Of a stretch of DNA of 50,300 bases, positions 9,793 through 16,508 are shown piece after piece. The DNA is from an uncultured archaeon. Its GTDB lineage: Archaea > Aenigmatarchaeota > Aenigmatarchaeia > CG10238-14 > SCSR01. A model generated the notes under the pieces. That model saw nothing but the letters and a program-made list of their open reading frames with translations, searched no databases and was not told where the DNA came from. The number at the start of each line of letters is the position of its first letter. The first letter of the stretch is position 1. A program made the translations under genes and the position numbers. The stretch spans positions 1-50,300 of the forward strand of contig CAYRSM010000002.1 of NCBI GenBank assembly GCA_964427125.1, in the 5' to 3' direction.

Positions 9793-10176
9793 CTACTTCT
9801 TTAGGATATAAACCGTGAGCCCCTTCGCGTCCTCCTTCTTGGAGTGCGGCAGGTCTATGGGCTGCACCTTGTCCGCGTTTACTAGCTCGTCCACATACTT
9901 CCTCACCGTGTTCCAGTTCACCCTCCGACCAAGCTTTCCCGATATCGTCTTGGCGATGTATGCTATGGTAAGGGGTGTGGCAGAGGAAGACAGGACATTG
10001 AGTATCTCGGACTGGATGAGGAACCTCTTGGACGGCCTGCCGCGTTTCGTGTGACTGCACCTTAGAATTATTATAATCTTTCCAAATATATTTGTTGCCT
10101 TGGGTACTGTGTTTTGAGTAGCCTGCCAACAACTTTCAGAACATTCGACAGAACTAACACTACATACTACATACAA
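9793..10176 (-). CDS. Small winged-helix DNA-binding protein, first gene of the polB operon
   Basis: The wHTH pattern is KRGRPSKRFLIQSEILNVLSSSATPLTIAYIAKTISGKLGRRVNWNTVRKYVDELVNADKV. Only one in-frame ATG/GTG/TTG exists (10176), so the N-terminal 40 aa are uncertain. The gap to the next gene is 11 nt. Confidence 0.55.
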   Translation of the reverse strand: MYVVCSVSSVECSESCWQATQNTVPKATNIFGKIIIILRCSHTKRGRPSKRFLIQSEILNVLSSSATPLTIAYIAKTISGKLGRRVNWNTVRKYVDELVNADKVQPIDLPHSKKEDAKGLTVYILKK

Positions 10177-10512
10177 CTATAACACCGTTATACATAACTA
10201 CACTAACAACGTAACGTATTGTAAAGGTTGTTGTCGTGTTACTCTAGTTACTCGGACAAGACAGTGACAGTAGACAGTTAGATTCCGAAACACAATATTT
10301 TATTTACAAACACACACCGATAACCTGCGAAAAGACGGGGTAAATGTAAGAACTGTGGCAAATTCTGTAGGAATAATCATAATAAACATTCGAACCTGCG
10401 CAGTTAACTTTCGACGTGTGTTAGAAAACTTTCGAGTGTGTGTAAAAACCGTTTGACTGGTTGTAGTTATTTTCCAACACATGATAATTTAAAAACGCCA
10501 GTCAAACCCCCT
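10177..10512. promoter_or_regulatory. Repeat-rich AT-rich non-coding region upstream of the polB operon (operator or candidate origin; function unknown)
   Basis: No credible ORF is present. Direct repeats AACTTTCGA(C)GTGTGT lie at 10406-10421 and 10427-10443. Three GACAGT copies lie at 10260-10278. A perfect 10-bp inverted repeat gtttgactgg/ccagtcaaac lies at 10451-10460/10498-10507. ACACACAC at 10310-10317 is inverted relative to the GTGTGT elements. Confidence 0.35.
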
Positions 10513-10893
10513 TCAACCAATCTTCCTTTCCAGCAACTTCCCAGCCAGGTTGTGCTCGCGCGGCACCCACACAAGCTTGCAGTTCTTTTTCACGAGCAGC
10601 CTCTTGCATTCGGCGTTCACATCCTTCAGGTGCGCGGCCTTGACCTTCCATCCCATGGTCAGCTGCCCCGCCAGTAGCCGGCTGTCTGTGTTGACGGTAC
10701 AGTCCCCAACCTCTTCGTTGGTCAGGGCCTCGAGCAACGCCTTGTACTCCGCCACATTGTTGGTCATCGGACCTGGGTGGAGCCTGACAGATTCTTTCAA
10801 CGGCCTCTCCTTTAACTCATAGTCTATGACCACAGCCGTCTTGCCTTTCTGTCCGTGCAGCAGGGCGCCGGCGCCGTCTATGTAGACCTTCAA
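10513..10893 (-). CDS. rnhA: Ribonuclease HI (archaeal short type 1 RNase H)
   Basis: Catalytic pattern: VYIDGAG (Asp), NNVAEYKALLEAL (Glu), VNTDSRLLAGQL (Asp). The C-terminus is VWVPREHNLAGKL. Length is 126 aa. Confidence 0.8.
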   Translation of the reverse strand: MKVYIDGAGALLHGQKGKTAVVIDYELKERPLKESVRLHPGPMTNNVAEYKALLEALTNEEVGDCTVNTDSRLLAGQLTMGWKVKAAHLKDVNAECKRLLVKKNCKLVWVPREHNLAGKLLERKIG

Positions 10894-10941
10894 ACAGACA
10901 CTATGTTAAGTTTTGTCCCGGAAACAAATATCCTTTTGCGA

Positions 10942-11349
10942 CTAGATGAACTTTGTCACTCCGTTTATCAGGAAGAACTTTGTCACGACGGCCTTGATGA
11001 AGACCTCCCTCTCAGGGACGGGCAGGTAGTTTGTCGGGTTGGAGCAGTTCACCTTCACGAGCAGGCCGATCTCCGTGAGGACCTTCAGCCTCTTCCTCAG
11101 CGCCTCGACGCCTATCTTCATCTTGTGCAGGTTCTTCATCTCCCTGAACAGTATCGGGAAGCAGTAGGGCCTTGTGCTTGCGAGCGCGTCCTTTCCGCCG
11201 AGGTAGAATTTCTTCAGGATGACGACGTCGAAGAAGTCGAGCCTCTCCGCGAGCTCGTTTATCTCCTTCAGGTTCGGCAGCACGACGTTCTCGTTGCTCT
11301 GCGCAACATCGACGCCGCCGACAGCCACAGGATTTTCTATCTCCAGCAT
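10942..11349 (-). CDS. Hypothetical protein, probable winged-helix regulator
   Basis: Clean 135-aa ORF. The C-terminal half (MKIGVEALRKRLKVLTEIGLLVKV) looks like a wHTH recognition helix plus wing. I recognise no specific family. Confidence 0.5.
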   Translation of the reverse strand: MLEIENPVAVGGVDVAQSNENVVLPNLKEINELAERLDFFDVVILKKFYLGGKDALASTRPYCFPILFREMKNLHKMKIGVEALRKRLKVLTEIGLLVKVNCSNPTNYLPVPEREVFIKAVVTKFFLINGVTKFI

Positions 11350-11418
11350 AATTTTTACCAGTCGAAAGTAAGTTTAATGGAAGCTTTCTTATTTAAAAGC
11401 ATTTTGCTGCTGCATTGT

Positions 11419-12096
11419 TCATATCAGGCTGATTAATTTTACATCAGCGTTTCCCTTCTCTATATCCACGATGCCGCAGTAGCCCTCGGGGAAGCGCCCG
11501 GAGTTGATTGTCTTCGTGTTTTTTATGTAGTCCACGCCCTTCGACTCGTGTATGTGCGAGCAGATTGCGACGCTGGGCTGCCTGTTCTCGATGAATTTCC
11601 TCACGGCAGCGGAGCCTACGTGCACCCCGGCCGAGATTATGTCCAGCCTGGTGTTCTGCGGCGGCGCGTGGGTCACCTGGACCTTGACATCGGCATTCAA
11701 GACGTCGTTGTAAGCCTTCTCAAGGCCCGCCTCTATCTCAGGGTCCTCCGGTTCGTACGGCAGGCCGAACGGCGTCTTCGCCCCGCCAAAGCCGTAAAAG
11801 CCCACACCGCCGATTATCCTTCCCTTTCCGTGTATGCTCACACCCTCCTCGTCCAGAATGCTTATCAGCTCCTTGTCCCAGCTGCCGGGAACCGCCAGGA
11901 GAGGCTTTCCAAAGTTCTTCAGTTCCTCGATTATCACCCTCCCGACACCTGCCCTGTCAAAACCCTTCGGGAACAGCGAGTCTGTAAAGTCGCCCGTGCA
12001 CACTATCGCGTCGAACTTCAGCTCGCCGAGCTTGTCGTAGAAGTTGAGTATGCTCTCCACGTCGTTGTGTATGCAGCTTATTACAAGCGCCCTCAT
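11419..12096 (-). CDS. Calcineurin-like metallophosphoesterase
   Basis: Motifs seen: SCIHND, CTGDFTD, VPGSWD, VTHAPP, CSHIHE. Confidence 0.8.
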   Translation of the reverse strand: MRALVISCIHNDVESILNFYDKLGELKFDAIVCTGDFTDSLFPKGFDRAGVGRVIIEELKNFGKPLLAVPGSWDKELISILDEEGVSIHGKGRIIGGVGFYGFGGAKTPFGLPYEPEDPEIEAGLEKAYNDVLNADVKVQVTHAPPQNTRLDIISAGVHVGSAAVRKFIENRQPSVAICSHIHESKGVDYIKNTKTINSGRFPEGYCGIVDIEKGNADVKLISLI

Positions 12097-12139
12097 GTCA
12101 ACCTATCTTTAATTTTGTGCGCGGCGATTAATTAATTCA

Positions 12140-12475
12140 ATGGCGATGATGAACAAGCGGAAGGGCTATGCCGTCGAGAGGAAGATAAGGATCGTCTTCG
12201 AGAACGCCGGCTGGACTGTCATCAGGTCCGGCGGCAGCCTTGGCGAATCCGACTTGGTGTGTTTTAAGGACGGCAAATGCATGTTCCTGCAGATCAAGTC
12301 GACAAAGAAGGAGAAGTTCTACTACTACGGCTACAAATCTGAGACGATGGCGGGCTTCCCCTTCTACCTTCTGGTCGATTTCGGTTATGGAAAAATCAGA
12401 ATTACAAAGCCTGTCGATAGAGTTGAGTTGGACACAGGTGAGAGCCTCGCACAGTTCCTGGAAAAATCTATATAA
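12140..12475 (+). CDS. hjc: Holliday junction resolvase Hjc-like nuclease
   Basis: KGYAVERKIRIVFENAGWTVIRSGGSLGESDLVCFKDGKCMFLQIKSTKK matches the Hjc KGxxxER...R.xGS...D...E/Q.K nuclease core. Length is 111 aa. Confidence 0.7.
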   Translation: MAMMNKRKGYAVERKIRIVFENAGWTVIRSGGSLGESDLVCFKDGKCMFLQIKSTKKEKFYYYGYKSETMAGFPFYLLVDFGYGKIRITKPVDRVELDTGESLAQFLEKSI

Positions 12476-12513
12476 AAAGGGAAATACAGAGAATTATTTA
12501 GCAGTGTTGTCCG

Positions 12514-13062
12514 ATGGCAATGTTTGTAAAAGACGTCATGTCCTCTCCCGTGGTCAGTATAGACCAGGATAAGAGGGTAAAGGACGCAGGCTTGTTGATG
12601 AAGAAGACCAGGCGCGGTTCTTTGCTTGTCTTGAGCAAGGGCAAGCCGGTTGGCATAGTCACAGAGGCCGACCTTGTCAGGAGGGTTCTCGCGACGGGCG
12701 TAGACCCCATCAAGGCAAAGGTGAAGCAGGTCATGAGCAGGCCCATAGTCACTGTAAAGTCGGGTGACGAGCTCCTTGGCGCGGTCAGGGTGATGAAGAG
12801 GATAAACGCGCACAGGCTCCCTGTCATGGACGAGGCCGGGAAGCTGGTCGGGCTGCTGTCGCTTAGCGACGTGGCCAAGACCTCGCCCGAGATGGCCGAC
12901 CTCTTGGAGTACAAGGAGAAGATGAGGGAGGAGGAGCCTATTTTGAAAAGCGAGACCACGGCCGGCATATGCGACAGCTGCGAGAACTATTCCGAGAGGC
13001 TCAGGCACATAGAGGACCAGTGGCTCTGCGAGGACTGCGTCGGCGACGTGGAAGAGGAGTAA
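12514..13062 (+). CDS. CBS-domain pair protein with a C-terminal CxxC...CxxC zinc ribbon
   Basis: There are two CBS repeats (VKDVMSSPVVSI...GIVTEADLVRRV and VKQVMSRPIVTV...GLLSLSDVAK). The tail is CDSCENYSERLRHIEDQWLCEDC. Confidence 0.8.
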   Translation: MAMFVKDVMSSPVVSIDQDKRVKDAGLLMKKTRRGSLLVLSKGKPVGIVTEADLVRRVLATGVDPIKAKVKQVMSRPIVTVKSGDELLGAVRVMKRINAHRLPVMDEAGKLVGLLSLSDVAKTSPEMADLLEYKEKMREEEPILKSETTAGICDSCENYSERLRHIEDQWLCEDCVGDVEEE

Positions 13063-13108
13063 TTGTAGCAGGAAACATATTTTGCAAAGCATATTCTACT
13101 TTGTAGAA

Positions 13109-13344
13109 ATGTTTATATGTCCCAGCTGGGACACTACTCCCGTGAGTTTCGTCCTCGTCTACGACATACCGTTCGGCCTCGAAACGGAGAAGAGGCGAAT
13201 AAACAGGATGCTCCACAGGATGGGCGAAGCCCGTGCCGCATTCCTTCTGGAGGCACGGCGACCTGAAAAGGCTGGTGGACATAGCCGCAACAATGGGGGG
13301 TTGGCGGGCAGGCCAGGATACTCGAGGAAAGGTTCCTGTTCTGA
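13109..13344 (+). pseudogene. Small Cas2-fold-like (Cas2/PaaX-middle-domain-like) ORF that needs two +1 frame changes to read through
   Basis: Frame A reads MFICPSWDTTPVSFVLVYDIPFGLETEKRRINRMLHRMG. Frame A+1 reads (K)PVPHSFWRHGDLKRLVDIAATMG. Frame A+2 reads GVGGQARILEERFLF, with its stop at 13342-13344. The second switch is at a G6 run (13295-13300). Each single frame otherwise degenerates into Arg/Gly-rich sequence overlapping the next gene. Confidence 0.4.
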
Positions 13345-13377
13345 AGCTTATAAGTCAGCCCCTTCAATTAATTTTTC

Positions 13378-13635
13378 ATGGCAGAAGTTGCGGTGGTCTT
13401 CAAGGTCATGCCGAAGGATACAGAAGTCGATTTGGGCGTGCTTGAGAAGGATATAAAAGGGGCAATCGGGGCAGAGAAGATTGAGCGGGAGCCCATTGCC
13501 TTCGGTCTGGTCGCGCTGAAGGTCACGAAGCTGATTCCGGATGCTGCGGGCTTCCTTGAGGAGACTGAGAAGCGGATAAGGTCGGTCAAGGACGTCAGCG
13601 AGGTCGAGGTGGTCGAGATGGGAAGGACGCTCTGA
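13378..13635 (+). CDS. ef1b: Translation elongation factor aEF-1 beta
   Basis: MAEVAVVFKVMPKDTEVDLGVLEKDIK...PIAFGLVALKV...VSEVEVVEMGR is the typical ~85-aa archaeal EF-1beta. Confidence 0.9.
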   Translation: MAEVAVVFKVMPKDTEVDLGVLEKDIKGAIGAEKIEREPIAFGLVALKVTKLIPDAAGFLEETEKRIRSVKDVSEVEVVEMGRTL

Positions 13636-13690
13636 GCCGATGCCTAGTTCGGTTGTCCGCATTTTAAAAATTCAGAAGCAAGTAATCAGT

Positions 13691-13933
13691 ATGGAGTGGA
13701 AGCCAACGTTATTTGCACTGACCGTGTTCCTAGTCTCGTTGTCCATGGTGGCGGTCTTCTATGACGCGTACATCACAAAGGATGTGCAGCCCACAGACAC
13801 ACCGCCACCCCAAACCCCAACGGCGCCCCAGCTCGGATTGGGCGAGAACTGCACGCCTCTGGATTATTGCGCGGCGAATCTGGCGTGCCGGCAGGGCACG
13901 GATACGGTCGACAAGTGTCTACCTCCAGGGTGA
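13691..13933 (+). CDS. Small membrane-anchored/secreted Cys-containing protein
   Basis: The internal ATG gives MEWKPTLFALTVFLVSLSMVAVFY (TM/signal anchor). A Pro/Thr linker and then CTPLDYCAANLACRQGTDTVDKC follow. Confidence 0.5.
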   Translation: MEWKPTLFALTVFLVSLSMVAVFYDAYITKDVQPTDTPPPQTPTAPQLGLGENCTPLDYCAANLACRQGTDTVDKCLPPG

Positions 13934-13941
13934 ACATTTTC

Positions 13942-15081
13942 ATGAAATTTTTCAGCAATAATTCAAACAAGCTTGGAAAGCTCCTCCCCGCAGACTATAA
14001 AAGGGTGTTGTGCATAGTGTTGATTACCACGCTGGGCACGTTCCTAGTGGCGAGTGTTTCCTACACGTTAACCGACAATTCTGCGGCGCCCGTATCGGAT
14101 ATGTTCAGGCAGTGGGATGCTCTAAGGTATCTGGCGGTGGCCGAGAAGGGGTACCAGAGCGCTATAGCCAGCGACACCTCTCTGATACCGGTCCTTCCGC
14201 TTTATCCCGCCCTCATAAGCGCCGGCTCATTCCTAACTGGGAGTCCGATGGTTGCAGCCGTGGTGATTTCCAATTCTGCATTGGCGGTGGCCAGCATCTA
14301 TCTGTACAGGATTGTGCGCATCGACGACAAGGGGGGCATGGCCCCCGTGTATGCCGTGCTGTTCCTTTCCATATTCCCGACTTCGTATTTCCTCCGCACA
14401 GCGTACACAGAGAGCCTGTTCCTCTCACTGGTCATACCGAGCTTCTACTATGCCAGGAAAGGGAACTGGGTGCTGTCCGGCGCACTGGGGATGTTCTCCA
14501 CGGCCGTGAGGATAACCGGCTTGGCAGCCTTCGCCGGCCTGCTGTTTGAATACCTGTACCAGAACAAATTCAGGGCGAAGAGCCTCTTCAGGAAGGATTT
14601 CCTGGCGGTGTGCGTCGTGCCGCTGGGCTTCTTGGTTTACGTGTACCTGAACTACCAGCTGTTGGGCGACCCGCTGTACTTCGTGAAAGTGCAGGGGGAC
14701 TATTTCGGCAGGCATGTCGCCTCTTTCTGGGAAGGCCTCAGGAACGCGTTTGTGTTCACTTATTCAAAGATGCCGGGCGAGCAGATAACCCTCGGCTACT
14801 CCGAAGCTTTCGCCGGCATAATAGGGATGTTCGCCAGCCTCTTCGCCTTCAAAGTCCGGCCATCCTACGGTGTGTATTCTATACTTGCGCTCTTCACAGT
14901 CACTTTCAACTCCTTCTGGATAGGCACCCCAAGGTATCTACTTTCAATTTTTCCCCTCTTCATCCTGATGGGGAGGGTGGGTGAAAAGAGCGAATTAATG
15001 CGGTTCGTGATGGTTTTTCTCTCACTTACACTCCTCACGATTTTCCTCTCGCTTTTCGTCCAAGGGAAGTGGGCTTTTTGA
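13942..15081 (+). CDS. Polytopic GT-C type glycosyltransferase (PIG-V/mannosyltransferase-like)
   Basis: There are at least 8 predicted TMs. The first extracytoplasmic loop is FRQWDALRYLAVAEKGYQS, which resembles the PIG-V family signature. The ATG at 13942 (MKFFSNNS) avoids overlap with the preceding gene. Confidence 0.6.
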   Translation: MKFFSNNSNKLGKLLPADYKRVLCIVLITTLGTFLVASVSYTLTDNSAAPVSDMFRQWDALRYLAVAEKGYQSAIASDTSLIPVLPLYPALISAGSFLTGSPMVAAVVISNSALAVASIYLYRIVRIDDKGGMAPVYAVLFLSIFPTSYFLRTAYTESLFLSLVIPSFYYARKGNWVLSGALGMFSTAVRITGLAAFAGLLFEYLYQNKFRAKSLFRKDFLAVCVVPLGFLVYVYLNYQLLGDPLYFVKVQGDYFGRHVASFWEGLRNAFVFTYSKMPGEQITLGYSEAFAGIIGMFASLFAFKVRPSYGVYSILALFTVTFNSFWIGTPRYLLSIFPLFILMGRVGEKSELMRFVMVFLSLTLLTIFLSLFVQGKWAF

Positions 15082-15211
15082 ACCGTGCTGTAACCTGAAA
15101 CAGTCTGGTTCATAGGTGTGTCATTCCGCTATTTGTCTATGCATTGGTTTATTGCGTAATCGTCCCAGAGTTCGAATTTGTCAAATACACATTTGATGAA
15201 ATGCTTGCAAA

Positions 15212-16114
15212 TCAGCCAGAAACGACAATCTTTCCCCAAACAGGATTTGTGAGGTCGCTGGAACTTATGCCCAAATCAGTTATTTTTACCGAAAATGAGA
15301 TGCCGTTCAATGTGTATGTGGCAGTCTTTCCCAGATTCAAAATGTCCGTCTGGACAGCATTCCCAGCACCGTCCTTTATCAATATTTTTCCCCATGAACT
15401 GGACAGGGAATTTGCGCTTGCGCCTGCTCCCCCCCAAGAAATCACACCATCAGTGATGTAAATCTTATAGTTTCCAAATACAAGAGGCGTAGAACTAGTC
15501 GCAATGCCGCTGACAGCCTCACCGGTGGCGGAAGCGCATTTCTTATTCGTTTCGTCACAGCCATTTTTGCACACCTGTTTATACCACTTGTCGCTGCCGC
15601 ATAACCAACTATTTCCTTGGAAACAGGTATACGTGCCGTTCGCCCACTTGCCGGAGCACCCCGAAAAACCGGTGTAGGCATAGCCGGAGGAACTGGCGGC
15701 CGCACACCTATTTGTCGATTGGTCGCAGCCGTTCGCGCACGTGTTCTTATACCACTTGTCGCCGATACACGCCCAGCCGTTGTCCTTGTAGCACCCGTAT
15801 GTCCCGTTGGCCCAAGCACCCGAACAGCCAGCCCCGACATAAGTGTAACCAGATTCGATTGTGGACGAGGGGTACAGCTTGACGGCAGCCGTGGTTATGC
15901 ACGCCTTGCTCGTTTCATTGCACCCGTTGTTACATATGTTCCTGTACCATTTGTCGTCTGCGCATAACCAGCTGTTACCATAGGAGCACCCATATGTCCC
16001 ATTCAGCCAGACTTTGGAGCATCCTGTGCCGACATAAGTGTAACCGGACTCGGCCGCCACATAAACGGCAGACAGCACCAACGATGCCATGAGGAATAAA
16101 AACACGGCTTTCAT
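15212..16114 (-). CDS. Secreted protein with three tandem 6-Cys repeats and a C-terminal beta-rich domain
   Basis: The internal ATG at 16114 gives a signal peptide, MKAVFLFLMASLVLSAVYVAAES. Three repeats then follow of the form SGYxYxGxGCSxxWxNGTYxCxxxNxWxCxxDKWYxxxCxNGCxxxxxxC. The stop of the upstream gene overlaps this start (ATGA). Confidence 0.75.
   Translation of the reverse strand: MKAVFLFLMASLVLSAVYVAAESGYTYVGTGCSKVWLNGTYGCSYGNSWLCADDKWYRNICNNGCNETSKACITTAAVKLYPSSTIESGYTYVGAGCSGAWANGTYGCYKDNGWACIGDKWYKNTCANGCDQSTNRCAAASSSGYAYTGFSGCSGKWANGTYTCFQGNSWLCGSDKWYKQVCKNGCDETNKKCASATGEAVSGIATSSTPLVFGNYKIYITDGVISWGGAGASANSLSSSWGKILIKDGAGNAVQTDILNLGKTATYTLNGISFSVKITDLGISSSDLTNPVWGKIVVSG
15536..16048 (-). 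repeat. Three tandem in-frame ~50-55-codon Cys-rich repeats inside CDS 15212..16114
   Basis: Repeat 1 spans S23-C72, repeat 2 S88-C137 and repeat 3 S143-C193. Cys spacing is conserved, and each unit carries an NGT sequon and DKWY. Confidence 0.85.
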
Positions 16115-16464
16115 GGTGTCTGGCCTCCAGGCGGCGTTTCGGTGGATGGTGTAGAAGGCGTCCCCACTATCCCGACGCAAACATCTTTCCTGTTGTCCTT
16201 GTTGTTGCAGAGCAGCGAAGGGTCGAAATTGCAGGCACCAGTCGTCTTGTCTGCACACTCTGGGATGTTTAGGTATGTAAGTTGGGTCTGGGACAATACC
16301 GCGTTCTGACACAAACCGGTGGCTTTTGCGCGGCACGAGCTTGCGCTAACCTGTCCGCTAGAAGACAGGAAATTCGAGTACAGGAGGAATCCTATGACAG
16401 CAAGCACTATTATTCCGAGGACCAGCATGATAATCTGGGTCACGGCCAGACCTTTCATAAACAC
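16111..16464 (-). CDS. Small secreted protein with a type IV pilin-like (class III) signal peptide
   Basis: The N-terminus is MFMKG|LAVTQIIMLVLGIIVLAVIGFLLY: short and basic, Lys-Gly, then ~22 hydrophobic residues. A Cys-containing domain and a PSTPSTETPP tail follow. Confidence 0.5.
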   Translation of the reverse strand: MFMKGLAVTQIIMLVLGIIVLAVIGFLLYSNFLSSSGQVSASSCRAKATGLCQNAVLSQTQLTYLNIPECADKTTGACNFDPSLLCNNKDNRKDVCVGIVGTPSTPSTETPPGGQTP

Positions 16465-16508
16465 TAATTTGTCCTAGATTGTATTTAAAGATTGGCTGGT
16501 ATGTGCGT

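Noticed and set aside
9782-10132. 117-codon N-terminal extension of the DP1-like ORF in the track
   Set aside because: The extension is compositionally junk (His/Arg/Gly/Gln-rich). It fully overlaps the better wHTH ORF in another frame. The internal ATG at 9781 gives a sensible helical N-terminus.
12385-13092. 235-aa and 156-aa minus-strand ORFs opposite the CBS-domain gene
   Set aside because: They are shadow ORFs. The plus strand encodes two textbook CBS repeats.
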